Below the pieces are notes generated by a model that was not told the origin of the DNA, did not search any database, and saw only the letters and a program-made list of their open reading frames with translations. A stretch of 64,000 bases of DNA from the NCBI GenBank assembly GCA_034422115.1, contig DAOUJW010000021.1:65876-129875 (forward strand). Direction: 5' to 3'. Source of the DNA: Dehalococcoidia bacterium. GTDB lineage: Bacteria; Chloroflexota; Dehalococcoidia; Lucifugimonadales; UBA2985. This document shows positions 8,912 through 19,469 of the stretch, piece by piece; within the stretch, counting starts at the first letter, position 1; every line of letters begins with the position of its first letter. A program made the position numbers and the translations under genes.

Positions 8912-10756
8912 ATGTGCGGCATCATCGGATACACGGGCTGCAAAGAGACCGCGCCCATCCTGCTGGACGGCCTGGCCAACCTGGAGTACCGGGGCTACGA
9001 CAGCGCCGGCATTTCGGTCATCGCCCCGGACGGCGATGTCGCGGTGCGCAAGGCCTCCGGCAAGCTGGAGAGCCTGGTGCTGTCCCTCCAGGGCGCGCTG
9101 CCTGTAGGAAGCGCGGGCATCGGGCACACGCGCTGGGCCACCCACGGCGAGGCCAACACGTCCAACGCCCACCCTCTGCTGGACTGCCGGGAAGAGGTCA
9201 TCGTAGTCCATAACGGCATTGTGGAGAACTACCTGGAGCTCAAGGAGGAGCTTGTGGAGCAGGGCCACGCCTTCGCGTCCGAGACGGACAGCGAGGTCAT
9301 CCCCCACCTGATTGAGGGCTACCTTGGCCGCGGGTCGACAACCGAGGAGGCGGTGCGACTGGCGGCCCTGCGGCTCACGGGCGCCCACGCCGCGGTGGTG
9401 ATGTGCAAGCGCGACCCCGGAAAGCTCATTGCCTTCAGGGTGCGCAACGCAGGAGGCATACTGGTGGGATACGGCGAAGACGAGATGCTGCTGGCCAGCG
9501 ACCTGCCCGCCATCATCCCTCACACCCGGGAGGTGGCCTTCCTCTCCGCCGGCGAGATGGTGTCCTTGACGCGGGACTCGGCTTCGTACTGCTCACTGGA
9601 CGGCTCCGCGCTGGAGAAGACACCCCAGCATCTGCCCTACGATGCGGTGTCCGTTGCCAAGAGCGGCTTCAGCCACTTCATGCTCAAGGAGATTGTGGAG
9701 CAGCCCCAGGCCACCATTGCCACCCTGCGCGGGCGGGTGTCCTTCGATCCCGGAGACGTGAACCTGGAGGAGCTTGGCCTTGCGGACTCGGACATCCAGG
9801 GCATTAACCGGGTGATTTTCGTGGCGATGGGCACAAGCTACAACGCCGCGCTGGTGGCCCGGCACATGATGGAGCAGCTCAGCGGCCTGCCGTCGGAGGC
9901 GGAGATAGCCTCCGAGTTCCGGTACAGGAACCCCATCCTGGACTCCAAAACGCTGGTGGTCTCCATAGGCCAGTCAGGTGAGACGGCGGACACCCTGTCG
10001 GCGATGGAGGAGGCGTCCCGCAAGGGCGCGCGGCTGATAACCGTGTGCAACTCCGAGGGCAGCCAGGCCACGAGGCTGGCGGAGGGCTGTATCTACCTGC
10101 GGGCTGGCCCGGAGATAGGCGTGGCGTCGACCAAGACCTTCACCTGCTCGCTTGAGGCCCTCTACCTGCTGGCGGCGTACATCGGCAGTCGGCGGGGGTT
10201 CCTCTCCGAATCGGAGCTTGGCAAGGCCTTGAGAGACCTCGTGAAGCTGCCGGACCTGCTGAGCGAGATGGTCGCCCGCCAGGAGCCGTACATCGCCCTG
10301 GCTGAGCGATTCCACAGGAAGCCCAACTTCCTCTACATGGGCCGTGGGCCCAACCACGCCATAGCCCTGGAGGGGGCGCTGAAGCTCAAGGAGATAGCCT
10401 ACACCCACGCGGAGGGGTGCTCCGCCGGGGAGATGAAGCACGGCCCCATAGCCCTCATCGACGAGGGGATGCCGGTGGTCGCCATTGCGCCCCGGGACGA
10501 CCTGCGGGACAAGATGCTCAACAGCATATTCGAGGTGAAGGCCAGGGGCGCCACGGTGATCGCCCTGGCAACCGAGGGGGACGAGGAGATAGCAGGCATA
10601 GCCGACCACGTGCTGTACATCCCGCCCACGTCTCCGCTTCTGACGCCGGTGCTGGCCTCCGTCCCGTTGCAGCTTCTGGCTTACCACATAGCCGTCAAGC
10701 GCGGCTGCGAGATAGACCAGCCGCGAAACCTGGCCAAGTCCGTGACCGTAGAGTAG
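8912..10756 (+). CDS. glmS: glutamine--fructose-6-phosphate aminotransferase
   Basis: Begins MCGIIGY (N-terminal nucleophile Cys), has two SIS domains and a C-terminal ...KSVTVE. The listed ORF from 8306 is an upstream open-frame extension overlapping plsC. Confidence 0.95.
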   Translation: MCGIIGYTGCKETAPILLDGLANLEYRGYDSAGISVIAPDGDVAVRKASGKLESLVLSLQGALPVGSAGIGHTRWATHGEANTSNAHPLLDCREEVIVVHNGIVENYLELKEELVEQGHAFASETDSEVIPHLIEGYLGRGSTTEEAVRLAALRLTGAHAAVVMCKRDPGKLIAFRVRNAGGILVGYGEDEMLLASDLPAIIPHTREVAFLSAGEMVSLTRDSASYCSLDGSALEKTPQHLPYDAVSVAKSGFSHFMLKEIVEQPQATIATLRGRVSFDPGDVNLEELGLADSDIQGINRVIFVAMGTSYNAALVARHMMEQLSGLPSEAEIASEFRYRNPILDSKTLVVSIGQSGETADTLSAMEEASRKGARLITVCNSEGSQATRLAEGCIYLRAGPEIGVASTKTFTCSLEALYLLAAYIGSRRGFLSESELGKALRDLVKLPDLLSEMVARQEPYIALAERFHRKPNFLYMGRGPNHAIALEGALKLKEIAYTHAEGCSAGEMKHGPIALIDEGMPVVAIAPRDDLRDKMLNSIFEVKARGATVIALATEGDEEIAGIADHVLYIPPTSPLLTPVLASVPLQLLAYHIAVKRGCEIDQPRNLAKSVTVE

Positions 10757-10779
10757 GGCGTAGTCAAGAGCATATAGAC

Positions 10780-11853
10780 ATGCTGTCAGAGGTGAGACTG
10801 CAGCTGGAGCGTAGGGAGGAAGGCCTGTCGCCCTTTGCCGCCAGGTCAGTCAACTCCAAAGGCCGCGTGACTCCCGAAGAGCCGTCGCCACTAAGGACGG
10901 AGTTCCAGCGAGACCGGGACCGCATCATCCACAGCAACGGTTTTCGACGCCTCAAGCACAAGACCCAGGTGTTCATCGCCCCCACCGGCGACCACTACGT
11001 GACGCGTCTGACCCACACCCTGGAGGTGACGCAGATAGCTCGCACCATCGCCAGGGCGCTCAACCTCAACGAAGACCTGGCGGAGGCCATCGGCCTGGGG
11101 CACGACCTGGGGCACACGCCCTTCGGCCACCTGGGAGAGGAGGAGCTGGACCGCCTGCACCCGGAGGGGTTCCGCCACTCGGCCCAGAGCCTGCGGATGG
11201 TGGAGTATCTGGGCAGGAACGGGCAGGGCCTGAACCTCACATGGGAGGTCAGGGAGGGCATTGAGTCCCACTCCAAGCCTAGGGAGGATCTGATGGGCGC
11301 GCTCAAAGGGGACGACGTTTCGCTGGAGGCGCAGGTGTGCCGCATATCCGACGCAGTGGCCTATCTCAACCACGACATCGGGGACGCCATCAGGGCCGGG
11401 GTCATCTCCGAAGACGACCTGCCCCAGGTTTCCAAAGAGGTACTGGGCACCCGCCACTCACAGCGCATCGACACTATGGTCAGCGACATCGTTAGCTCCT
11501 CCTGGGGCATCGCAGAGGGGAAGCATCCCGCCAGTGGCGAGAAACCGGCCATCGTCATGAGCCCCGGCGTGCATCAGGCGGCCAACGAGCTGCGGGAGTT
11601 CATGTTCCAGCGGGTGTACCTGCCCGCCAGCGACGGGGAGCTTGGCGACCAGGCCAGGGAGGTCATACGGCTGCTCTACGGCCACTTCTGCGCCCACCCG
11701 GAGGAGATACCGGCGGAGTACCACATACGGCGCGACCCCGCAGAGCGGATGGCCGTGGACTACATCTCCAGCATGACCGACCACTTTGCGCTGCGCATCG
11801 CCGAGGGCATACGGCCTGGGATAGCTTCACTGAGCGCGGCGCTGTACCGGTAA
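10780..11853 (+). CDS. dGTP triphosphohydrolase-like HD-domain protein
   Basis: HD motif GHDLGHTPFGH, then RTEFQRDRDRIIHS and FRRLKHKTQVF. Start taken at ATG 10780, after the glmS stop. Confidence 0.85.
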   Translation: MLSEVRLQLERREEGLSPFAARSVNSKGRVTPEEPSPLRTEFQRDRDRIIHSNGFRRLKHKTQVFIAPTGDHYVTRLTHTLEVTQIARTIARALNLNEDLAEAIGLGHDLGHTPFGHLGEEELDRLHPEGFRHSAQSLRMVEYLGRNGQGLNLTWEVREGIESHSKPREDLMGALKGDDVSLEAQVCRISDAVAYLNHDIGDAIRAGVISEDDLPQVSKEVLGTRHSQRIDTMVSDIVSSSWGIAEGKHPASGEKPAIVMSPGVHQAANELREFMFQRVYLPASDGELGDQAREVIRLLYGHFCAHPEEIPAEYHIRRDPAERMAVDYISSMTDHFALRIAEGIRPGIASLSAALYR

Positions 11854-11864
11854 TATTCAGCAAC

Positions 11865-11892
11865 GTAGGGGCGGTTCGCGAACCGCCCCTAC
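11865..11892. repeat. perfect 28-bp palindrome GTAGGGGCGGTTCGCGAACCGCCCCTAC (family D); possible terminator hairpin after the dgt-like gene
   Basis: Read directly. A near-identical copy lies at 49264..49290. No T-tract follows. Confidence 0.8.
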
Positions 11893-12006
11893 AGGACTCC
11901 TTCATTTGGCTCACAATTTCCGCTTCGGTCACTTGAAGACGGACTCAACGCGTCTGCTAGAATTGATATAGACACCCCGTTCCCGCGCGGAGGTTTCTAC
12001 CAAGCC

Positions 12007-13830
12007 ATGACCGTGATCCAGGAAGTTAAAAGCCGCAGCGACATTGTAGACGTGGTCTCCGACCGCGTGACCCTCGCCAAGTCAGGGCGCAACTTCAAGG
12101 CCGCCTGCCCCTTCCACGCTGAGAAGACGCCCTCCTTCTACGTCTTCCCTGAGCGGCAGACGTGGCGCTGCTTCGGGGCCTGCGCGGAGGGCGGAGACGT
12201 CATCTCCTTCACCATGAAGGCCGAGAGCCTGGACTTCGCTCAGGCCCTCAGCCAGCTGGCCCAGCGCGCGGGTGTGACGATGCCCACGCCCCAGACCAGG
12301 AGGCGAGATGAGGCCCTGGACAGGGTGAACGAGGCGGCGCTGGACTTCTTCAGAGGCCTTCTGAAATCGGAGGCGGGCCGGATGACCAGGGAGTACCTTG
12401 AGCGGCGGGGCGTGAACCGTGAAGCCGAGGACATGTTCCAGCTTGGACTCAGCCCGGCGGGCTGGGACACCCTGACTCGCCACTTGAAAGACCAGGGATA
12501 CCAGGAGCAGCAGATACTCTCGGCAGGCCTGGCAACCAGGACCGAGAGGGGAGACATCCGAGACCTCTTCCACGGGCGTCTCATCTTCCCCATCTGGGAC
12601 TCCTCCGGCAACCCCGCGGGGTTTGGCGGCAGGGCGCTGGACGACTCCAACCCCAAGTACCTCAACACGCCCAGGACGCCCCTCTTCGACAAGGGGCATC
12701 TGCTGTACGGCCTGCACCTGGCGCGCGAGTCCATCAGCAGGGAGGGCACAGTCGTGGTGGTGGAGGGCTACATGGACGTCATCGCGGCCCACCAGCACGG
12801 CTTCCACAACGTCGTGGCCTCAATGGGCACGGCTCTCACGGAGCGACAGGTGAGCGCCCTGCGGAACATCGCCTCCAACTTTGTGCTGGCCCTTGACCCG
12901 GACAACGCGGGTCAGCAGGCGACTCTGCGCAGCCTCCAGTCGTCGTGGCAGGTGTTCGAGCGGCGCGCGCTGCGGGCCGGGGGCAGGAGCGACGTGGTGT
13001 TCTACGAGCGGCAGCCCCACGCCTCTCTCAAGGTTGCCGTCCTTCCGACGGGCAAAGACCCCGACCTGCTCATCCGCGAGTCGCCGGAGGAGTGGGAGTC
13101 CCTGGTGACCGACGCCAAGCCCCTGATGGACTACCTTTTCGACACGATGGCCTCAAGGCTGGACGCGTCTTCCGGGCAGGACAAGCTGCGGGCCACGGAA
13201 GCGCTGTTCCCGTTCATAGCGTCAATGGACAACCCCTACGACCAGGACCGGTACTTCCGGCGGCTGGCGGACCTCATGGGCGTCAGCGAGGCGGCCCTGG
13301 AAGCGAGCATAGGCCGGCCCCAGAGACGCCCGGCAACTGGGAATCGGGCAGCAGGCGCGCCGCCCAGGGCCAGCGCGTCGCCCATCGCTATGGCGCACCG
13401 GGACCCCCTGGAGGAGTACTGCCTCTCCCTGCTGCTCCGGCACCCGGAGCTTGGAGAGGGCGGCATCGACATCTCACCGGACTACTTTGACCTGTCTGAA
13501 AACCGGGACATCTTCACAAAATGGGCTGAATGTGCTACAATTGACGATATAAGGGGGAGTCTGTCGCCAAATCTGGCCGAGCACCTCCAGACCCTGCTTG
13601 ACATAGAGAATCCGCCCTCCAACATCAAGGAGAGGGCGAAGGCGTTTGAGGAGGTGGTGAACCGGCTGAAGGAGCGGTTCTACAAAGTCCAGGAGCAGGT
13701 GCTGATGGAGCAGTTGGAGGGAGCCGATTGGACAGACATCTCTAGTTTGCAGCCATCATTGGACCAGGCCCGGGAGATTAACCGCCAGCTGAGGGAGCTA
13801 TTCTCCGGGTCAACCACAGAATCTACGTGA
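12007..13830 (+). CDS. dnaG: DNA primase
   Basis: Zinc-binding [11 protein letters not shown]...WRCFGC and [16 protein letters not shown]. Confidence 0.95.
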   Translation: MTVIQEVKSRSDIVDVVSDRVTLAKSGRNFKAACPFHAEKTPSFYVFPERQTWRCFGACAEGGDVISFTMKAESLDFAQALSQLAQRAGVTMPTPQTRRRDEALDRVNEAALDFFRGLLKSEAGRMTREYLERRGVNREAEDMFQLGLSPAGWDTLTRHLKDQGYQEQQILSAGLATRTERGDIRDLFHGRLIFPIWDSSGNPAGFGGRALDDSNPKYLNTPRTPLFDKGHLLYGLHLARESISREGTVVVVEGYMDVIAAHQHGFHNVVASMGTALTERQVSALRNIASNFVLALDPDNAGQQATLRSLQSSWQVFERRALRAGGRSDVVFYERQPHASLKVAVLPTGKDPDLLIRESPEEWESLVTDAKPLMDYLFDTMASRLDASSGQDKLRATEALFPFIASMDNPYDQDRYFRRLADLMGVSEAALEASIGRPQRRPATGNRAAGAPPRASASPIAMAHRDPLEEYCLSLLLRHPELGEGGIDISPDYFDLSENRDIFTKWAECATIDDIRGSLSPNLAEHLQTLLDIENPPSNIKERAKAFEEVVNRLKERFYKVQEQVLMEQLEGADWTDISSLQPSLDQAREINRQLRELFSGSTTEST

Positions 13831-15407
13831 TTTGGAGAAAAGTGAGAAGACGCAAGAACGACATAGACGATCTTGGAGACCTGCCGGAGGAGGAAGAGGA
13901 GGAGTCCCGTATTCCCTCTGAGAACATCCTCTCGATAGTCGGCTCGGAGTTCGCGGGAGACAACAAGGAGTTGTCCGTTGCCATCGCTCCGCCCCAGGCC
14001 GACGTGGAGGATGAGGACGCAGTCACCACCGACGGCATCGCCAAGGAGGACATGGACGAGGCAGGCGGCGACGTGGAGGCGGAAGCGGAGGCGGAGCCGG
14101 ACCTGGAGGCCGACCTTGGCAGCCAGGACATGATCGACGACCCCGTCCGCATGTACCTGCGGGAGATCGGACGGGTTCACCTGCTCACGGCCCAGGACGA
14201 GCGATCCCTGGCCCGCCGCATGGAGTGCGGCATCCACGTCAAGAGCCTGGAGAAGGAGCTGACCTCCACGGACGGCCGCACGCCCAGGGCCTATGAGACC
14301 GTCCTGCTGCTGATGGAGCGTCTGTGGGAGGCCACGCCCCTGGTCAACGCCCTTGGCACGCATCTGGGCCGCTCGGAGCCCCTGAGCCTGACCCAGGTTG
14401 TCTCTGACCCGGAGGTCCTTGCCGCCATAGACAGCGAGATCAGCCCGGAGATGGTGGAGGACCTGGCCGCGGAGCTCGACCGCCCCACGGACCAGGTGAC
14501 CAAGGAGATCCTGGAGTTCTCCCTGAACACCCGCCTTCTGCCTCCGGACCTCTTCGAGATAATCGACGGCAACATGCCCGTAGAGCAGCTGCCCCGCGTC
14601 ATGGAGGACCCGGACTTTATGCGTGACCTCCGCGTCAAGGAGCTGTCCCTCAGGGCGCACTTCTCCCACATTGTTGAGGAGGGCCTGCGGGCGCAGAAGC
14701 ACCTGGCGGAGGCCAACCTGCGGCTGGTGGTAAGCGTAGCCAAGAAGTACATCGGGCGCGGCATGTCCCTGCTTGACCTGGTGCAGGAGGGGAACATCGG
14801 CCTGATTCGCGCCGTGGAGAAGTTCGACTATCGCAAGGGGTACAAGTTCAGCACCTATGCGACGTGGTGGATTCGCCAGGCCATAACCAGGGCCATCGCC
14901 GACCAGGCCCGGACGATTCGCATACCCGTCCACATGGTGGAGACCATCAACAAGCTGATGCGCACAAGCCGGCGGCTGGTGCAGGAGTACGGCCGGGAGC
15001 CAACCAGCGAGGAGATAGGGCGGGACATGGACGTCAGCCCAGAGAAGGTGCGCGAGATTCTGAAGATTTCCCAGGAGCCGGTCTCCCTGGAGACCCCCAT
15101 TGGCGAGGAGGAGGACAACCACCTTGGGGACTTCATTGAGGACCGGGGCGCAGTGGCCCCGGCGGAGGCCGCGTCCTACCAGCTTCTCAAGGAGCAGGTG
15201 GAGGACGTTCTGGACACCCTCAACCACAGGGAGCGTCGAGTACTTCAGCTGAGATTCGGGCTGGAGGACGGCCGCAGCCGCACGCTGGAAGAGGTTGGCA
15301 AGGAGTTCGGCGTCACAAGGGAGCGCATACGGCAGATTGAGGCCAAGGCCCTCCGGAAGCTGCGCCATCCCTCCCGCTCCAAGAAGCTCCGGGACTTCCT
15401 GGAATAG
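13827..15407 (+). CDS. rpoD: RNA polymerase sigma factor RpoD (primary sigma-70)
   Basis: Region 2 [27 protein letters not shown] and region 4 [12 protein letters not shown]...[10 protein letters not shown]. Acidic low-complexity N-terminus. GTG start overlaps the dnaG stop (GTGA); the exact start is uncertain. Confidence 0.93.
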   Translation: MIWRKVRRRKNDIDDLGDLPEEEEEESRIPSENILSIVGSEFAGDNKELSVAIAPPQADVEDEDAVTTDGIAKEDMDEAGGDVEAEAEAEPDLEADLGSQDMIDDPVRMYLREIGRVHLLTAQDERSLARRMECGIHVKSLEKELTSTDGRTPRAYETVLLLMERLWEATPLVNALGTHLGRSEPLSLTQVVSDPEVLAAIDSEISPEMVEDLAAELDRPTDQVTKEILEFSLNTRLLPPDLFEIIDGNMPVEQLPRVMEDPDFMRDLRVKELSLRAHFSHIVEEGLRAQKHLAEANLRLVVSVAKKYIGRGMSLLDLVQEGNIGLIRAVEKFDYRKGYKFSTYATWWIRQAITRAIADQARTIRIPVHMVETINKLMRTSRRLVQEYGREPTSEEIGRDMDVSPEKVREILKISQEPVSLETPIGEEEDNHLGDFIEDRGAVAPAEAASYQLLKEQVEDVLDTLNHRERRVLQLRFGLEDGRSRTLEEVGKEFGVTRERIRQIEAKALRKLRHPSRSKKLRDFLE

Positions 15408-15549
15408 TCCTCCTACTCTGGGAGCGCGCCTTGCTAAGCCGGCAATACAATGTATTGCTATGAGACTTGGGACTTAGGGGCGTGGACAACAACCCATCGT
15501 CACCCCCGCGAAAGCGGGGGTCTAGCCGGCCTTACAACGTACGCCCTAG

Positions 15550-15768
15550 ATTCCTGCTTCCCGAGACCTTTGCACAACTTAAAGTGTCAGTTTGCCAGAA
15601 GCGCAACGCTGTCATTCTGAACGGAGCGCAGCGGAGTGAAGAATCCAAAGTCTCTGTCCGCAAAGCTGCGACGTATTTGGTGAACGTCCTTGGATTCTTC
15701 GCTGCGCTCAGAATGACACTCGCATGGGGCTTGGTCATGAGTTACGCAAAGGTCTCCTTCCGCAGGAA
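15550..15768. repeat. MITE-like element, copy 1 (about 219 bp, nested inverted repeats)
   Basis: Outer arms are ATTCCTGC...GCAGGAA. Sub-terminal inverted repeat is GACCTTTGCACAAC / GTTACGCAAAGGTC. The central long hairpin is GTCATTCTGA..GAAGAATCCAA / TTGGATTCTTC..TCAGAATGAC. Shares an identical core of about 50 nt with 39029..39238. Confidence 0.85.
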
Positions 15769-15940
15769 CGACGAAAGGACGCGCCATTTTATCCTCTAAT
15801 GTGGCATTAGCCGCGCCGCGTCTACTTTCGAAACTCTTAAGAATTCCACCTCACATTGTAATCCTCCCTGTGGCATAATATAGGTATGGGGCCTATTGAA
15901 ATCCAACCCTTAGCGTACCGCTCCCTGGAGTGAGCGTCCT

Positions 15941-16174
15941 ATGCGATTCCGAGTCATGGCCAGGGTGGTGTCCACCGAGGGCGGCGAGAAGTCCGTCAGG
16001 GGCGACACATTTGAGCACGACGAAGAGGAAGAGGCGCGCAAGCACTACCTTGAGGTGGTCAAGAGGATGAGGATGTCCCACGCCTACGGCCTTCAGCAGG
16101 CGTCCCTGGAACGCCAGAGAGACGATGGAAAATGGGAGAGGATAGACCAGTTGACCAAGGAGCAGCTCAGATAA
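15941..16174 (+). CDS. hypothetical small charged protein (77 aa)
   Basis: ORF with a GGAG-containing leader (ctggagtgagcgtcctATG). No recognisable motif. Confidence 0.45.
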   Translation: MRFRVMARVVSTEGGEKSVRGDTFEHDEEEEARKHYLEVVKRMRMSHAYGLQQASLERQRDDGKWERIDQLTKEQLR

Positions 16175-16235
16175 CCGACCTGTATCTCCTCTCCCCAAAG
16201 TAGTTTAGCGGCATACTGAACAGAACCAGACAGAG

Positions 16236-16889
16236 GTGAATCAATTGGCGTCTTTCTTCCCCAAGTCCAGCATCATGACCCTGGCGGCGCTCGTCACTGT
16301 GGCGGCGCTGGCGCTTTCTGCCTGCACGTCCTCCCCAACGGCTACCCCGGCACAACCCACTTCTACGCCCGCGCCTGAGGCCACACAGCCCGGCGCTCCC
16401 ACCCAGCCCCCCGTTGTAGACGCCGCTCCCGTCATGCTTGACCTGCCCCTGGACTTCCCCATCGAGACCTACCAGGGAGAGGAGTACGCGGCCGGAACAA
16501 ACCTCAACTTCTCCAATTTCTTTGTGGACGGCAAGCCGGTAATTCTGAACTTCTGGGCGGGGTTGTGCCCGCCGTGCAGGGCGGAGATGCCGGACTTCCA
16601 GGAGTTCCACGCTGAGCACAAGGATGAGGTCACACTGGTCGGAGTCGACATCGGGCAGTACCTCTTCCTGGGCGACCGGCAGGACGCCGGTACGCTTCTG
16701 AGCGAGTTGGGCATCACCTATCCAACCGGGTTCACAAGCGAGGGCGACGTGGTGCGCAAGTACGAGGTGCTGGGTATGCCCACCACCGTGTTCCTCAACC
16801 CGGACGGGACGGTGTTCCGCAACTGGAACGGCATTCTCACCAAGGAGCAGCTGAACGATAGGGCCGAGGATCTGCTGGCAAACCAGTAG
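16236..16889 (+). CDS. TlpA/ResA-family thiol-disulfide oxidoreductase lipoprotein
   Basis: Signal peptide with lipobox LALSAC. Thioredoxin-fold active site WAGLCPPCRAEMP. Confidence 0.85.
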   Translation: MNQLASFFPKSSIMTLAALVTVAALALSACTSSPTATPAQPTSTPAPEATQPGAPTQPPVVDAAPVMLDLPLDFPIETYQGEEYAAGTNLNFSNFFVDGKPVILNFWAGLCPPCRAEMPDFQEFHAEHKDEVTLVGVDIGQYLFLGDRQDAGTLLSELGITYPTGFTSEGDVVRKYEVLGMPTTVFLNPDGTVFRNWNGILTKEQLNDRAEDLLANQ

Positions 16890-16924
16890 CCTTCCGGCTA
16901 ACCCCAAGCTGAAGGGAGACAGTC

Positions 16925-17830
16925 ATGAGCATAGCAAGGAACATCTCTTCACAACTCCTGGGTTCGCAATCGCTGAAGAGCATCGTCATTCCGCTGGTTG
17001 TGGCGGGCTCTGCTCTGGGCATTGCGGTAACGGGCGCGATGATCCTGGGCAAGGACGGCGGCATTGACGGCATCAACCACTTTGTGGAGTCCCTGTCCGG
17101 CATGGCCGGCGACGGGCTAGGCGACCTGGGGCTGCTGGCTCCCCTGGGTTTCGCATTTGCAGTGGGCATGGTCTCAGCCGTGAACCCCTGTGGGTTTGCC
17201 ATGCTGCCGGCGTACCTGGGCCTGTACCTTGGCACCAACAACCAGGACGATGCTAGCACTCCCATTCAGCAGATTGGCAAGGGCCTGCTGATCGGCAGTT
17301 CCGTTACCGCCGGGCTGGTCATACTATTTGGCGTTGCGGGAACCATCATCGCCCTGGGCTTCCGCTCCGTGGGAGATGTGCTGCCCTGGCTGGGCCTTGG
17401 CATCGGCATCCTGCTGACGGTCACGGGCGCGTGGCTGGTCGGAGGCGGCAAGCTGTACACCGGCATAGCGGCTCAGGCCGCCTCCCGCATAGGCGACCCG
17501 GGTCAGGTGAACGTCAAGGGCTACTTCCTGTTCGGCATCAGCTACGGCATAGCCTCGCTGAGCTGCACGCTGCCCATCTTCCTGTCAGTAATAGGCACGT
17601 CCTTCACCGCCGACACCATCCTCACCTCCATGGGGCAGTTCCTGCTCTACGGCATGGGGATGGGCCTGGTGATCATGGTGCTCACCCTGGGAGTGGCCTT
17701 CTTCAAGAGCGCCATGATGGCCACCGTGCGCAAGATTCTCCCGTACGTCGGGCCGGTGGGGGCCTGGTTCATGGTGCTGGCAGGCGCCTACATCGTGTTC
17801 TACTGGCTCACAATCGGCGGGTTGTTCTAA
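16925..17830 (+). CDS. ccdA: cytochrome c biogenesis protein CcdA (DsbD-family thiol-disulfide transporter)
   Basis: Polytopic membrane protein. VSAVNPCGFAMLPAYLGLY and a second conserved Cys in SLSCTLPIF. Confidence 0.8.
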   Translation: MSIARNISSQLLGSQSLKSIVIPLVVAGSALGIAVTGAMILGKDGGIDGINHFVESLSGMAGDGLGDLGLLAPLGFAFAVGMVSAVNPCGFAMLPAYLGLYLGTNNQDDASTPIQQIGKGLLIGSSVTAGLVILFGVAGTIIALGFRSVGDVLPWLGLGIGILLTVTGAWLVGGGKLYTGIAAQAASRIGDPGQVNVKGYFLFGISYGIASLSCTLPIFLSVIGTSFTADTILTSMGQFLLYGMGMGLVIMVLTLGVAFFKSAMMATVRKILPYVGPVGAWFMVLAGAYIVFYWLTIGGLF

Positions 17831-17897
17831 GCGAAACCGAAAGGTACGTACTCCATACAAGTTTGGCGGCGCTAACGCAATTGGCGCGTCTTTCATT

Positions 17898-17990
17898 CCC
17901 GCTCTGGTTCGACAGGCTCACCATGAGCCGGAAGTGGAATAGAGGCTATGCGGCCACCGCTCATCCTGAGCGTGTCGAAGGGTGAGCGGG
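17898..17990. repeat. REP-like hairpin pair (family A), two units in inverted orientation
   Basis: Units at 17898..17931 (cccgctctggttcgacaggctcaccatgagccgg) and 17957..17990 (ccgctcatcctgagcgtgtcgaagggtgagcggg). Confidence 0.85.
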
Positions 17991-18040
17991 ACCGTTTGCT
18001 AATACCAACACGTCTTGGGGTTACCGGCAGGTCTGCAGTT

Positions 18041-18991
18041 CTATTCCCCGCCGAAGTAGCGACGGGGGTTGTCCACCATCATGGTGTGTATCGCCTCGTC
18101 GCTGACGCCCAGTTCCCGCAGGCGGGGCAGCACCACCCGATTGATGAAGCAGATTCCGTCGGGATTGTAGGTCTGCCGCTCCTCGTTCATCTCCTGGGTC
18201 AGCAGGAATGAGAGGGGATAGTCGTGGGACAGAGTAACGCGGTCCACCAGCCCCATGTCCAGCAGTCCCTTCACGGTCTGAGTGCGCTCGTCCCACTTGG
18301 GGCCCTGCACCCGGCCGCCGGGATACCTGTCCATCCCCAGGTAGCAACCCTGGCGGACAATGCCCGACAGATAGTCCAGATCGGTCGAATCGTTGCTGTG
18401 GCCGATGCACACCCGGTTCAGGTCAACACCCTCCTCAAGGAAGATCTGCACCTGGCCGTTGCCCACCATTTCGGGCGCGGCGGTATGGGTAGTGATTGGC
18501 ACGCCGGTGTGGTTGGAGGCGCGGGCGGCCGCACGCAGAACAATCTCGTTGGCCGGCGTCACTCCCTCTTCCGTGGTGGCAACCTTGATGACCCCCGGCT
18601 TGATGTCCGTCCCGTCGAGACCGACCTCGATGTCCCTGATGAAGGCCCTGGCAAGCTGGTCCGGGTTGACGCCCCTGGCAATCGACCGGGGGATGTCAAT
18701 CCAGATGCCCGTGCAGACTATGATGTGCATCTCCGACTGCTCAGCCACGGCGCGGATTACGCCTATGTCCCTGCCCAGGTCCATAGTGGTAACGTCCACG
18801 TAGGTGCGCACGCCCTCGGCGGCGGCGTCCTTCATGGCGGCAATGCCGGTGGCGATTGCCTGCTCCCGGTCCACAAGCTCCGGGAAGGTCTGGGGAATGC
18901 CCGCGGAGCTATTGAGTATGTGCTCGTGCATGAGGGTGAAACCCAGGTCGTTCACGTCCACGGGCCCAAGTACGCTGTTCACTGTAGGCAT
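18041..18991 (-). CDS. phosphotriesterase-family (PTE/PHP) metal-dependent hydrolase
   Basis: N-terminal GFTLMHEHI (HxH metal ligands), TIM-barrel amidohydrolase-like length, later GHSND. Confidence 0.8.
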   Translation of the reverse strand: MPTVNSVLGPVDVNDLGFTLMHEHILNSSAGIPQTFPELVDREQAIATGIAAMKDAAAEGVRTYVDVTTMDLGRDIGVIRAVAEQSEMHIIVCTGIWIDIPRSIARGVNPDQLARAFIRDIEVGLDGTDIKPGVIKVATTEEGVTPANEIVLRAAARASNHTGVPITTHTAAPEMVGNGQVQIFLEEGVDLNRVCIGHSNDSTDLDYLSGIVRQGCYLGMDRYPGGRVQGPKWDERTQTVKGLLDMGLVDRVTLSHDYPLSFLLTQEMNEERQTYNPDGICFINRVVLPRLRELGVSDEAIHTMMVDNPRRYFGGE

Positions 18992-19077
18992 AGCTCACCT
19001 CCAAATTAGCGCTTGTTGCAGCGGCGACAACAGGAGGTTACACCCAACGCAACGGCGGTGTAAAGGAGAGGCGCAGC

Positions 19078-19467
19078 TCACGCCCCGAGCTGAGCTATGG
19101 TCCTAGTCATCCACTCGATGTAGTTCTTGCGGGACATCCCGCGGCGCTTGGCCTCCGAGGTTATAGCGTCGGCCACGTCTGCGTCCAGGACAAGGTTGAG
19201 CCGCACGCTGGGCTTGTCTCGCGCTCCTCGAACCAGCAGTATGGAAGTCAGCGCACAGCCTTCGGGGACTTCAATATCCTCAAGGGCGCTGGGAACAGCA
19301 AGCGGCAGTCCGTCTCTTTCCGTCTCTATCGCGTAATCGTTTAGAACGTCGCTCGCATTGGCCAGTACTTCCTCGATTGTATACCCCATAGCACCTATGC
19401 CGTCGATGTCTGGGAACCATATACCGTAGCCATCCCCTCCACCTTCAATCAATGCTGGATATCTCAT
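19078..19467 (-). CDS. hicB: HicB-family antitoxin with C-terminal RHH-like tail
   Basis: MRYPALIEGGGDGYGIWFPDIDGIGAMGYTIEEVLANA matches the HicB N-domain pattern. Start taken at ATG 19467, just after the hicA stop. Confidence 0.8.
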   Translation of the reverse strand: MRYPALIEGGGDGYGIWFPDIDGIGAMGYTIEEVLANASDVLNDYAIETERDGLPLAVPSALEDIEVPEGCALTSILLVRGARDKPSVRLNLVLDADVADAITSEAKRRGMSRKNYIEWMTRTIAQLGA

Positions 19468-19469
19468 TC

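Noticed and set aside
10417-10779. N-terminal extension of the dgt-like ORF.
   Set aside because: It overlaps the 3' end of glmS. A good ATG exists at 10780, after the glmS stop.
13680-15368. 562-aa minus-strand ORF antisense to rpoD.
   Set aside because: It fully overlaps a gene with unmistakable sigma-70 motifs. Its translation is low-complexity and rich in L/G/R/A/V/P, as expected for the antisense frame of a high-GC gene. No motif.
15467-15799. ORFs inside the MITE-like copies (15467..15799, 15532..15738, 15587..15787, 38986..39207, 39056..39340).
   Set aside because: The peptides (e.g. HSERSEESK, FFAALRMTL) are repeat translations occurring in both orientations. There is no RBS or start context.
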